DNA from: Desulfobacterales bacterium | GTDB lineage: Bacteria > Desulfobacterota > Desulfobacteria > Desulfobacterales > UBA11574 | Assembly (NCBI GenBank): GCA_030145345.1 | Contig: JAQYVT010000003.1 | Location: forward strand, 2,318-66,317 | Direction of reading: 5' to 3' | Length of the DNA stretch: 64,000 bases | Position numbers and translations under genes: made by a program | Shown: in pieces, positions 9,807-18,885 of the stretch | Layout: the number at the start of each line of letters is the position of its first letter | How positions within the stretch are numbered: position 1 is the first letter of the stretch | The notes under the pieces: generated by a model | Databases searched by the model: none | What the model was told of the DNA's origin: nothing | What the model saw: only the letters and a program-made list of their open reading frames with translations

Positions 9807-11366
9807 TTAATTTTTATGAATACCGAGTTTCTTCATCCTTGAATCAAAAGTGGATCGATTTATTTTGGCGTCCTTGGCAGCACGGGTGATGTTCCATCTG
9901 TTTTTATTCAGAAGATAGAGGACATAGTCTTTTTCAAGCGCTTCCCAGGAATAACCGGCGAATTGACTCTCAGCTGATCTTGGAGAAAAGCTATCGGCTG
10001 ATAACATCGGTTCTTCATGAAGCGGAAAGGTGTTGTTATGGTTCCTTTTATAAGGCTCATTTTTAAAATGATCCGGTATCTCATCTACACCCACAATATC
10101 ATTGTCAACCGTGCTGAGAATGTATTTGATAAAATTTTCAAGCTCCCGAATGTTTCCTTCCCATTGGTAGTCTTCCAGATACTGTAGTGCTTTTTTTGAA
10201 ATCTTTTTCTGAGAAAGCCCCAGCGCTAAAGATTCTCTCTTTAAAAAATAATTCGCCAAAAGCGCTATATCTTTTTTTCGCTCCCGGAGTGGCGGAAGGT
10301 GGATGGGTAGAACATTGAGACGATAGAATAAATCTTCTCTAAATTCTTTTTTTAAAATTGCGTTGTCTAAATCTTTATTGGTGGCAGAAATGATTCTTAT
10401 GTTGATCCTGCTGGTCCGGGTTTCACCCAGCGGCTTAATTTCATTGTTTTGGATAACTCTCAATAAGCGTGATTGGAGGCGTAAAGACATGTCTCCAATT
10501 TCATCCAGGAAAACTGTTCCGCCGTTGGCGGCTTTCAGAAGGCCGATTTTGTCCTCTGTTGCACCGGTAAACGCGCCTTTTTTATATCCGAAAAGTTCAC
10601 TTTCCAAGAGTGTATCCGGGATGGCACTGCAATTTTGCACAACAAACAGTTTATCCTTCCGGGAACTGAGATTGTGCAATGCCGTCGCGACGAGATCCTT
10701 ACCGGTTCCACTTTCGCCGGTAATCAATACCGGGAAGTCTGTTGCGGCATAATCGCGAACCCGTTTCATTGCATCGATGAAGAGGCAGCTTTGACCAATG
10801 ATTTGAGCATCGCTTTGTATGCATGCCAGGGTATGCTCAAGTTCAAGATTTTTTTCAACCTGCTGGGAAAAGTACAAGGCGTTGCTCAGCGCTGTGGAGC
10901 CCATATCGATGATATCCTTGAGCAGTTCAAGGTATTTTCTGTCGACATTCAGACGATCCGCGCCTGTGCTAGTGTCAATGAGTTGGACAACCCCATAAAC
11001 TTGGCCGTTTCTCAAAATTAAAGGAAACGCAAAAATCAAGGCACTCTTTAATTTCATCCCTTCTTCAAATTCTTTATAATGGCGGGGATCCTTGCCGGCC
11101 TCTGCTATCGTCATTTCTGCATTTTTCATCACCCAGCCGACGATGCTGGGTCGGTCCGAGCTGATACTGAATCCTTTGATGATATCTGTATCTGTCGGCC
11201 CCCCCAAAGATTCGACACACACATATTGGTTTTCTTGCTGGATCCAGATAGATCCGCGCTCAACATTCTGAATTCTCAAAAGCAGCCTTAAAAATCGCTT
11301 CCTCAGATTTTCAGGATCGAGTTCTTCGAAGAGCGCTTTGTAAAAATCCAATTCAAACTTATTCAT
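9807..11366 (-). CDS. GAF-domain sigma-54-dependent transcriptional activator (Fis-type HTH)
   Basis: GESGTGKD Walker A, ESELFGYKKGAFTGA, FLDEIGD, WEGNIRELEN, C-terminal HTH; start chosen from the GGAG RBS. Confidence 0.92.
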   Translation of the reverse strand: MNKFELDFYKALFEELDPENLRKRFLRLLLRIQNVERGSIWIQQENQYVCVESLGGPTDTDIIKGFSISSDRPSIVGWVMKNAEMTIAEAGKDPRHYKEFEEGMKLKSALIFAFPLILRNGQVYGVVQLIDTSTGADRLNVDRKYLELLKDIIDMGSTALSNALYFSQQVEKNLELEHTLACIQSDAQIIGQSCLFIDAMKRVRDYAATDFPVLITGESGTGKDLVATALHNLSSRKDKLFVVQNCSAIPDTLLESELFGYKKGAFTGATEDKIGLLKAANGGTVFLDEIGDMSLRLQSRLLRVIQNNEIKPLGETRTSRINIRIISATNKDLDNAILKKEFREDLFYRLNVLPIHLPPLRERKKDIALLANYFLKRESLALGLSQKKISKKALQYLEDYQWEGNIRELENFIKYILSTVDNDIVGVDEIPDHFKNEPYKRNHNNTFPLHEEPMLSADSFSPRSAESQFAGYSWEALEKDYVLYLLNKNRWNITRAAKDAKINRSTFDSRMKKLGIHKN

Positions 11367-11765
11367 AATTCTAATCTCCATAAGGGGTTCGCCCCAATTG
11401 CAAAAAGTGCTTGAGCCGGCACCAGGGAGCACGTACCCTGCAGGTTAATCTGCGGGTGTATCATAAGATCGTAACACGATCTTATTTGACTGTTGAAATA
11501 TGGCATTTGTAGTTAAATACCGTAATCCATGTAAAAAAACAAGGGAAAAGCCCATGTTAAGATTTGTTTTCCGATCAACGGGACTCGGGAGCTATACTTT
11601 ATGACACTCCAACAATAACGAAATTTAAATTAAATGTCCATATTTCATTAAATTGATTAAATAGAATAAATTTCGCAAGATTTTATTTCAAAGGTGCCAT
11701 CGAGCCTTGTGGTTTTTATGCAGTAATTTCAGCAAATTGAATCCATATTGTCATATTCTGCAACA

Positions 11766-11782
11766 TTGGCACAATAGTTGCT
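11766..11782 (+). promoter_or_regulatory. sigma-54 (-24/-12) promoter
   Basis: TTGGCACAATAGTTGCT is an exact TGGCAC-N5-TTGC consensus, divergent from the sigma-54 activator gene. Confidence 0.8.
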
Positions 11783-11792
11783 CACTAAAATA

Positions 11793-11898
11793 ACGAAGCT
11801 TAATACAGCTTCCCTTCGGTAGGCTTTGCCTATATTACCTCCTCGTTATGGCGGAGGGGCGGTTTTGCCGGAAACCGCCCTTCCTCATAACGTCTTTT
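11793..11898 (+). ncRNA. Candidate sigma-54-dependent small RNA
   Basis: Directly downstream of the sigma-54 promoter: small hairpin, single-stranded TTACCTCCT, then a ~20-bp GC stem (11844-11892) followed by TCTTTT; no ORF. Confidence 0.5.
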
Positions 11899-11961
11899 AC
11901 ACTCAAAATCACCGATTAATTTTTGATGCTTAGAAAGAGAAAAAGGATTGAATGGAGGAAT

Positions 11962-12162
11962 ATGGCTCGAAGTTGCAAAAAATGTGGTTTCTTCGTTAGC
12001 AGCTCAAACTCACCAACAAAACACATCGGTTACTGTCTGTTTTTCGACTCGAAAGATATTGAAGAAAAGGAATCCCAAAGAAAACTTAAAATAATTGATG
12101 GTGAAGAAAAAACGTTGGCCAGTCGTTGTAAAGGATACATCAATACGGTCGATTATTTTTAA
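11962..12162 (+). CDS. Small Cys-rich hypothetical protein
   Basis: GGAGG RBS; CKKC...C...C pattern; 66 aa. Confidence 0.55.
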   Translation: MARSCKKCGFFVSSSNSPTKHIGYCLFFDSKDIEEKESQRKLKIIDGEEKTLASRCKGYINTVDYF

Positions 12163-12195
12163 ATTGCCTGAATTGCAAAACCTCCGGGAGATAGA

Positions 12196-12486
12196 ATGGT
12201 GTTAACGCGTGTAAATATCGATCAGGAAGAGCGGTTTCGGCGGGAAGATGCAGGCATGATAGAAATAAAGGCCCTTAAGAAACTATTTGAAGATCGACCT
12301 GCGAATTCAACCATCAAATCTGTATGCAAATGTTCAGGCTGCGGAAATGATCTATTGATCGATATAACACATACGTCTGGAGGATTTGGATTGAATGGGG
12401 GTTTTTTATTTGAGTATGCCCCTGACAAATATATTATTAAATGCCGTAATTGCTATAGGTTAAATAAAAAAACATCTGACGCATAG
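12196..12486 (+). CDS. Small zinc-ribbon-like hypothetical protein (start may be 12256)
   Basis: CKCSGC...CRNC motifs. Confidence 0.6.
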   Translation: MVLTRVNIDQEERFRREDAGMIEIKALKKLFEDRPANSTIKSVCKCSGCGNDLLIDITHTSGGFGLNGGFLFEYAPDKYIIKCRNCYRLNKKTSDA

Positions 12487-12490
12487 GGGT

Positions 12491-12769
12491 ATGATTATGG
12501 AAATCTGTCAGGCATGCGAAGAATTTGAAAAGCGTGTGAAAAAATGGAACTATACACATGGCGCTGTGGACCCCCTGCCATACATAGATGATATGATTAA
12601 ACCTCATAAGCACTTAATTTTTGAAGGGCGAAGAATAGATGGTGCAGGAGCGTTTTTGATCTCATTCCAGTGTCTTAAATGCGACCAGTGGTGGAGACTC
12701 TCCGCTTGGTCGGCGGTCGGGTACCTTGATGTTTGGCCGCTTTTTATGCAGCATCCTTCATCCCCATAA
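12491..12769 (+). CDS. Small Cys-rich hypothetical protein
   Basis: CQAC...CLKC motifs; GGGG RBS-like sequence; tightly spaced after the previous ORF. Confidence 0.55.
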   Translation: MIMEICQACEEFEKRVKKWNYTHGAVDPLPYIDDMIKPHKHLIFEGRRIDGAGAFLISFQCLKCDQWWRLSAWSAVGYLDVWPLFMQHPSSP

Positions 12770-12822
12770 TTATATGAGCCCTGTCCCCGTTGGCTCGAAC
12801 GCAAAATGGAGATGGAATAATT

Positions 12823-13545
12823 ATGCCTGAATGCCAAATACTTGAGATATTTTATGATTATGTTTGTCCCTGGTGTTATTTCATAATCGGGTGCATTGAA
12901 CAATTGCATGGGGAATTTCAAATTGATATTCGATGGACTGCTTTTCAACTCCATCCGGAAACACCTGAGGAAGGCCAAAAGCTGGATGCGCTGTTTGCAG
13001 ATAAAAATGTCGATTTTGGTAAGATACTGGTTCTTCAAAAGCGAGTTGCAAGTCGATTGGGGGTGCCGTTCGGGGACTGCAGAACCATTTACAATAGTCG
13101 ATTGGCGCAGGAACTGGCGAAATTGGCAGAGTCAAAAGGTAGGGGGCATGAATTCCACAAGGCCGTGTTTCGAGCATATTTCGTCGAAGAGAAAAACATT
13201 GGAAAAACCCGTGTCCTTGTCGAAGTGGCTGATTCTATCAATCTAAATGGAAATGAAGCCCAAAAGATTATTCAGAACAGAACTTATAAGGAAGCGACGG
13301 AGTTGGATTGTAAACGATCTCGCGCGTTAAACATACCCGTGGTTCCAACCTTTTTACTAAACGATCAAATTTTGGTGGGTGCCCAAAAATATGAAACATT
13401 GGAAAATTTCTTGATTTCGAATCATGTTAAAAGACGAAAACAAAAACGGATTTCTCTCCAGATGGAGCCTAGCAGGAACAGGGCCTTTCCGCCGGTTGAA
13501 AATCCCGCCATGGGGGAACACGTATTACCTTGCTTTGAGGTCTGA
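12823..13545 (+). CDS. DsbA/FrnE-family thiol-disulfide oxidoreductase
   Basis: DYVCPWCY thioredoxin motif, FQLHPETP, VPTF...GAQ. Confidence 0.88.
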   Translation: MPECQILEIFYDYVCPWCYFIIGCIEQLHGEFQIDIRWTAFQLHPETPEEGQKLDALFADKNVDFGKILVLQKRVASRLGVPFGDCRTIYNSRLAQELAKLAESKGRGHEFHKAVFRAYFVEEKNIGKTRVLVEVADSINLNGNEAQKIIQNRTYKEATELDCKRSRALNIPVVPTFLLNDQILVGAQKYETLENFLISNHVKRRKQKRISLQMEPSRNRAFPPVENPAMGEHVLPCFEV

Positions 13546-13591
13546 ATAACGTAATTCCTGAAATGTTTCAGCTGGACTTCGGTGTAAGACA

Positions 13592-13725
13592 TTATAAGCC
13601 ATCTCAATAATTCATCTAACCCCAATGGGTGCGTTTCACTCCTCTTTTACACGTATGCTGAGCTTTTTCGTCGGCCTGCGTCTTACCTTTTACGCCTGAT
13701 CTACTATTATTGAGATAGCTTCTAA
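13592..13725. mobile_element. MITE-like element (~134 bp)
   Basis: Terminal inverted repeats TTATAAGCCATCTCAATAAT / ATTATTGAGATAGCTTCTAA (2 mismatches in 20); no ORF. Confidence 0.6.
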
Positions 13726-13832
13726 ACTCATTTTTTTTGGTTTCACTTGTAAGTTTTTTTAATTCGAACATACTCTAAGTTTCGATATAATTTGCTTATA
13801 TGGTGATAGATGTTTTGAACAATTTAAAGCAT

Positions 13833-14585
13833 CTAATCTTCGGTAATTTCAAAACGCCACGCACAGACCCATTCTTTGGGATGATCGTCCGGCGGACAGC
13901 CGATGCATTCCGTGTGTATCCGGGGATCGATGGACCGGGCAAAATAAGTATACTCCACAAGCCCTCCGGATTTGCATGGATAATCGTCAAGCCCTTTACG
14001 TTTCCTTGTAGATTGGGCGCGGCATTCATTCATTTGAAAGATAAAGCTGTCAGATTTTTCGTCAACGATGGATTGTGCGTTGACACGGGCATACATCCGA
14101 AAATTGAGCGCCTTTCTCAGGCCTTGGAGGCCGGACTTTTGGGGAAGATTTAAAAAATTTTTTATGGCCCAAGCCTCAAAGGGCGAAAACTGGGCCCAGC
14201 AGGAATCGTTGGACCGTTTGGCATCATTCATCCCGCGGGTGAATTCGACCGCCTGAAACCATACACCGTCGTTGGCCAGCCAGTTGACCGCCACTTGGTC
14301 CATAAGTTCAATGAGGGATTCTTTGGGCATGTTCAGCATCGGCTGGGGAATGCCGTTTTTCATTTCAAACCCGAGGGTTTTCGAGAGCCTTCTCATTTGA
14401 ATGGCAAAACTCCTTTCAGATGCACTTTTTAGAATATCCAGCGCCTTTTCCGTTCCCATCTGATGTTTGACTTCGTTGAACCAGAAGGCATAATGGATAA
14501 TGATGCGATGAAACATGTCCAAGACAAGTTTTGCGGTGTGTTCGTGGTCCAGGTCTTCAATGGTGTCGATGCTGCTTAAATCCAA
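13833..14585 (-). CDS. DUF6125-like protein
   Basis: WLANDGVWFQAVE and CRAQSTRKRKGLDDYPCKS...CIGCPPD...CAWRF motifs; TTG start after GGGAGG. Confidence 0.75.
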   Translation of the reverse strand: MDLSSIDTIEDLDHEHTAKLVLDMFHRIIIHYAFWFNEVKHQMGTEKALDILKSASERSFAIQMRRLSKTLGFEMKNGIPQPMLNMPKESLIELMDQVAVNWLANDGVWFQAVEFTRGMNDAKRSNDSCWAQFSPFEAWAIKNFLNLPQKSGLQGLRKALNFRMYARVNAQSIVDEKSDSFIFQMNECRAQSTRKRKGLDDYPCKSGGLVEYTYFARSIDPRIHTECIGCPPDDHPKEWVCAWRFEITED

Positions 14586-14598
14586 AATTCCTCCCTTG

Positions 14599-15237
14599 CT
14601 ATCCTTCATAAAGCACGGCCAATATGGTCGCTTTTCCTTTTTTGGAAGCGACGAGATGCGGTGTCGTGGAAAGATAGTAGGCGCTGTCTCCGGGTTCGAG
14701 ATGGAATGTGTCCTCCCCGATGTTCAGCACGACAATACCGTCCAAAACGTAAATGAATTCCTCGCCGTCGTGCACGGAAACTTCTGTGTCAGGGTTTTCT
14801 TCAAGCTGAACGATCAAAGCTTCCATGTGGCGTCCTTTTACTTCAGGGGCCAGGCTTTTATAAATGTAAACCTGTTTTTTACCTTTCTTTGCAGTGGATC
14901 TCGAAACGATCTTCTGTTCATCTTTGCGAGTTATGGAATAGATTCTGTTGCCGATCCCTGAAATTAACCGGCCGAAAGCACTATCCAGGGCTTTGGAAAG
15001 CCGGATCACTGTTCCGAGCTGAGGTTGAACGATATTATTTTCGATATTGGAAAGTAATTCCACATCGAAGCCCGTCAGGTTCGAGAGCTCGTCAAGGGAA
15101 ATCCCTTTTTCTTCTCTTAAGATTCTGATCCGTTTGCCGATTTCGTCGACGCCGTCACGGGGTGCTTCCGAAATGTCGCCGGTGAGATCTTCAAAAAAGT
15201 CTACGTTGATGTGGGGTGGTTTTTTCTTGGTTTTCAT
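14599..15237 (-). CDS. XRE-family HTH + cupin transcriptional regulator
   Basis: IGKRIRILREEKGISLDELS HTH; HDGEEFIYVLDG...PGDSAYY cupin. Confidence 0.9.
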   Translation of the reverse strand: MKTKKKPPHINVDFFEDLTGDISEAPRDGVDEIGKRIRILREEKGISLDELSNLTGFDVELLSNIENNIVQPQLGTVIRLSKALDSAFGRLISGIGNRIYSITRKDEQKIVSRSTAKKGKKQVYIYKSLAPEVKGRHMEALIVQLEENPDTEVSVHDGEEFIYVLDGIVVLNIGEDTFHLEPGDSAYYLSTTPHLVASKKGKATILAVLYEG

Positions 15238-15271
15238 CTAACGCTCCTAACCCGGAAAAACCGGGGGATTA

Positions 15272-15407
15272 AAATGCCTAAAGTGCCTAAAATGATCTAA
15301 AATGCCTAAATTGAGAATGCCTAAAGTGGAAATGCCTAAAATGCCTAAAATGATCTAAAATGCCTAAAGTGGAAATGTCTAAAGAGGGAATGCCTAAAAT
15401 GCCTAAA
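15272..15407 (+). repeat. Tandem array of 12 AAATGCCTA/AAATGATCTA units (downstream arm, element 1)
   Basis: Read directly; 9- and 10-mer units with occasional 6-bp spacers. Confidence 0.95.
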
Positions 15408-15421
15408 GTTAAGGTTCGATT

Positions 15422-15775
15422 TTATTTGTTTTTTCCGATTGAGGTGAATATTGCAAGCAATTCGCTGCATTCTTCGTATTCAGGTTTGATTTTTTCCCAC
15501 GTTAACCATCCTATCTCTATAATTATCTCTAACCAGTACTGGGTTTCACTGGCCTCACTTTCACAAATTTTGATCTTGTTTTTAAAATCAGCTCGACTTC
15601 TGGATCGGTTTGCCTAACGGTAGTTAGCGCCAATAGAGGTTCCAGATTTTGTAATTTGGTTTCTTACGACCATGCCCTCGGGAGAGTTGGGCAATGTTAT
15701 TGATAAGCGGATTATTCGTACTGCAAATTTTCGCGTACGCTTTTCAAGATCTTTTGCAAACTGTTTGCGTTCCAT
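15422..15775 (-). pseudogene. Four-helix-bundle (IVP/Avd-like) gene copy with in-frame TAG at codon 54
   Basis: 354 bp, about 93% identical to 19826-20179 (24 mismatches by hand count); GAG>TAG at 15614-15616; absent from the ORF track. Confidence 0.88.
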
Positions 15776-15782
15776 AATATAA

Positions 15783-15813
15783 TTTTAGGCAATTTAGATC
15801 ATTTTAGGCATTT
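15783..15813 (-). repeat. Inverted repeat arm, 3 units (upstream arm, element 1)
   Basis: TTTTAGGCAATTTAGATCATTTTAGGCATTT is the reverse complement of the left array units. Confidence 0.9.
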
Positions 15814-15863
15814 AATTCTCTGCTTTCTATGGGTAAATCAAAATCGGGTCCTTTGGATCCGGG

Positions 15864-16883
15864 TTATAACCGCCCAGTCAATCCTTTGGGTATTCTTCCG
15901 GTATGTACACATTCTGAGCGGAGTCTTCGGCCCAAAATCTTTTCGAGCATACGGCCTATCCTGAGGACTCTGTCCACATCGACACCGGTATCGATCCCCA
16001 TTTCATCCATCATGACCACCATATCTTCCGTGGATACAAGGCCCACGATACCCGGATCTGGATAATAGTATTCTCCGGTGCCGGGAACCGGAACACCGTC
16101 TAAAAAATTGGCGGGCTGTCCGCCGGTGCCGCCCAGGGTCGATTCGAAATGCGTGATTCCGGCCTGAAGCGCTGCCAGCACATTGGCAAGCCCCCAACCG
16201 CGGGTGACATGGAAATGGGCCACATGTTTGGAGGGATCCGGAATTGCATCGAGAACCATGGAATAATATTCGTACACTTTGTTGGGCGGGGCAGATCCGT
16301 CATGATCGGCATGCTCGATATCGTCCGCTCCGATGTCAAGCCACCGCTGTGTAAATTCAACGGCTTTTTTCATTTCCGTGGGGCCCTCGATGGGGCAGCC
16401 CCAGATGGTGCTCACGGTCCCGCAAACTTTCATTCCTGCATCGTGGGCTTTTGGAATATAGGTTTCACACATCTTCCAGTATTCTTCGAGAGAAAGCCCG
16501 GAGTTGGTCTTGTGATGGGATTCGCTGGTGGAAACCATGAACAGTATCCGGTCCGGACCATATCCTTCCTTACACGCTTCGATGGTTCTTTCCACAGCTT
16601 TTTCCCGGATGGTTATGGCGGTAATTTCGACATCTTTCAATAAATGGCCGACTTTCTTACTGGCATGCAGGCGCTTTGAAAGGTCATCGGCGTCCTTAAA
16701 CTGGGGCATCACCTTGGGATTACCGAAATTGGTCACCTCTAACCGCTTGAATCCGGCAAGAATAAGCTCTTCGGCCACCCACAGCTTTGCATCGGTCGGG
16801 ATGAATTTTTCTTCATGCTGGAAACCATCTCTTACGGTAATATCCCCCAATACCACCTTTTTCGGGTATTTTAATGAAGCCAT
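15864..16883 (-). CDS. Hydroxymethylglutaryl-CoA lyase (DRE-TIM metallolyase; LiuE-like)
   Basis: DITVRDGFQHE, WGCPIEG, HFHVTRGWGLANVLAA, STEDMVVM; start MASLKYPK after GGAGG (the longer ORF-track start runs through repeats). Confidence 0.8.
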   Translation of the reverse strand: MASLKYPKKVVLGDITVRDGFQHEEKFIPTDAKLWVAEELILAGFKRLEVTNFGNPKVMPQFKDADDLSKRLHASKKVGHLLKDVEITAITIREKAVERTIEACKEGYGPDRILFMVSTSESHHKTNSGLSLEEYWKMCETYIPKAHDAGMKVCGTVSTIWGCPIEGPTEMKKAVEFTQRWLDIGADDIEHADHDGSAPPNKVYEYYSMVLDAIPDPSKHVAHFHVTRGWGLANVLAALQAGITHFESTLGGTGGQPANFLDGVPVPGTGEYYYPDPGIVGLVSTEDMVVMMDEMGIDTGVDVDRVLRIGRMLEKILGRRLRSECVHTGRIPKGLTGRL

Positions 16884-16942
16884 CTGTATCCTCCTAAACC
16901 GGGTAAACCGGCCTATAGCTTGGCTATAACTAAAATTATCTG

Positions 16943-17051
16943 CCACCAAGGCATTAAGACACAAAGGAAGTATTTTATTCGCCTTCGCCTGAATACCCTG
17001 CAGCTTGCTGCGGGGAGCTTCATTATGCTTAGTGTCTTTGTGCCTTAGTGG
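16943..17051. repeat. Cargo-less element with inverted 8-mer repeat arms (CACnAAGr x3)
   Basis: CCACCAAGGCATTAAGACACAAAG versus the reverse complement of CTTAGTGTCTTTGTGCCTTAGTGG. Confidence 0.65.
16992..17023 (+). repeat. Short palindromic repeat ATACCCyG...GCGGGGAGCTTCA, copy 1 (IS200/IS605-end/REP-like)
   Basis: Same motif at 46281, 47721 and 51889. Confidence 0.7.
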
Positions 17052-17100
17052 TGAAAAGAAAAAATTTTGCCAAATATTAAAGAAAATTACTATTAAGACG

Positions 17101-18687
17101 CTAAAACCGAAAATTCCCAAAAGAAGGATCGCCGATGGGCTGAAAAAGACTTACCTCGAACGCCATGGCCAGCCAGTTGCGAATTTCAGAAAATTTTAAG
17201 ACCCGGTCATTCAAAAGACGCCCGCCACAGTAAAACGGATGGGCCTCCCCGTCGTATTTTATGATCATCTCCTGGCTGAAGGCCTCTTTTTCCGCTTCGC
17301 TCATGGGGGCTTTCTGCCGGTCACGTTTTCGCTCTTCGATGGAAAGCAGAACTCCGGCGGCACTCCGGCCGCTCATGACAGACGTTCTGGCCCTCATGGT
17401 GGAAAAGAGAAAGTGAGGCCTGTACGCCCTGCCGCACATGCCGTAATTGGCCGCCCCGTTATCCGGTCCGATAACCAGTTGGATACGCGGTACCTGAGCG
17501 CATGAAACCGCCCTCACCATGTCCGCACCATATTTGCCGATACCCATATGTTCCGACTCGGATCCCACCATGTAGCCGGGGGAACTCTGAATAAAAAGAA
17601 GGGGAATTTTTTCCTGACAACAGCGGACAATCCATTCTGTGGCCTTTCGCGCGGCTTCAAAAAATATTATGCCGACGCCGTTGGATGCAACAACGCCGGT
17701 GGGCAGCCCTTTTATGCGCATTTTACCGGTGACGATATTATCCCCCCGCCCGGGCGCATAATCTTTTTTGTATTCGGAAAAAACGCTGTCATCGGCAATG
17801 GCTTCCAGAAATGCACGAACATCGATCCCCTGGTAAACGGACGCCGGCAGGATTTCATAAACGGACGTTTCCGGAACTTTTGGCGGGGTTTCGGCATAGC
17901 GGTGGAGCTGAAGTTTCTGGGGGGGCTCCAGCATGAGGATCTCTCTAACACGCGCAATCGCTTCCTCCTGATTGGAACAAAAATGATCTGCACCGCCTGA
18001 AATCTGTGTATGTATTTTTGCCCCGCCAAGGTCCTCTGCAGAAATGGTCTCACCGGTTGCCATTTTTACCAGAGGGGGACCGCCCAGAAAGCTGTAAGCC
18101 AGTTTATCGATCATCACCGATTCACAGGCCATAAAAACGATGTAGGCGCCGCCTGCAGTATTACCGCCGGTGCTCAGGGTAATCTGTTTAAGGCCCATTG
18201 CCGACATCCGAGCCATATTGTAAAACATGGATCCGAAATGCTGGTCGTCGGGGAAAACTTCAGCCTGCATGGGAAGGAAAGCGCCGCCTGAATCAGCGAT
18301 ATAAACGCAATTCAATCCACACCGTTCGGCAATGGCCTGGGCTCTCATATGCTTTTTGAGGGTAATTGGAAAATATGTGCCGGCTTTTACACGGCTGTCG
18401 TTGGCGAAAATCATGGACCAGTTGCCGTGAATTTTTCCCAATCCTGTTACAAGGCCGCCGCAGGGAACATCCATAACCCCCGGATAATCCATTCCGAAAC
18501 CGGCGATACGGCTGAGCTCAAAGAACCCGGTCTCCGGGTCGATGAGTTTTTCAATAAGTTCTCTGACCGGACGTTTGCCCTGTTTAACCAGTCTTTCGAC
18601 AGCTTTTTCACCCCCGGGCCACATGGCCTGTTTAACCCGTTCTTCGAGTTTTTTTTCTTCATTTTCCCAGAACGATCGATTGGTCAT
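17101..18687 (-). CDS. Acyl-CoA carboxylase carboxyltransferase subunit (methylcrotonyl-CoA carboxylase beta-like, LiuB-like)
   Basis: ANDSRVKAGT, DSGGAFLPMQ, GGPPLVKMATGE, GAANYGMCGRAY; liu-like neighbours. Confidence 0.85.
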   Translation of the reverse strand: MTNRSFWENEEKKLEERVKQAMWPGGEKAVERLVKQGKRPVRELIEKLIDPETGFFELSRIAGFGMDYPGVMDVPCGGLVTGLGKIHGNWSMIFANDSRVKAGTYFPITLKKHMRAQAIAERCGLNCVYIADSGGAFLPMQAEVFPDDQHFGSMFYNMARMSAMGLKQITLSTGGNTAGGAYIVFMACESVMIDKLAYSFLGGPPLVKMATGETISAEDLGGAKIHTQISGGADHFCSNQEEAIARVREILMLEPPQKLQLHRYAETPPKVPETSVYEILPASVYQGIDVRAFLEAIADDSVFSEYKKDYAPGRGDNIVTGKMRIKGLPTGVVASNGVGIIFFEAARKATEWIVRCCQEKIPLLFIQSSPGYMVGSESEHMGIGKYGADMVRAVSCAQVPRIQLVIGPDNGAANYGMCGRAYRPHFLFSTMRARTSVMSGRSAAGVLLSIEERKRDRQKAPMSEAEKEAFSQEMIIKYDGEAHPFYCGGRLLNDRVLKFSEIRNWLAMAFEVSLFQPIGDPSFGNFRF

Positions 18688-18885
18688 AAGATTTCCTCTC
18701 AATCTTGTCCAAAATAAATTATTTGAAGCAACACAATCACACGGGGAGCCCTGGAGTAATGGCGTGTTGGGATAATGGAAAAATCAGAGTTCCCTCCAAT
18801 AATTTAAGGCTATTTTAACCCGAAGATGTGTTGACTGTTGGTTGTTAAATCAGAAAACAAATTATCTTGGACACTACTGAATTTT

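Noticed and set aside
12823-13545. DsbA/FrnE as a selenoprotein
   Set aside because: Both active-site codons are TGT, so it is the Cys form.
15272-15407. Repeat arrays as CRISPR
   Set aside because: Units are 9-10 bp with no unique spacers, and there are no cas genes.
15360-15617. ORF MPKVEMSKEGMPKMPK (also 27264-27473 and 27480-27767)
   Set aside because: Artefacts of translating the repeats and the antisense strand of the four-helix gene.
16884-17120. N-terminal extension of the HMG-CoA lyase ORF
   Set aside because: It runs through intergenic repeats; a good RBS precedes the ATG at 16883.
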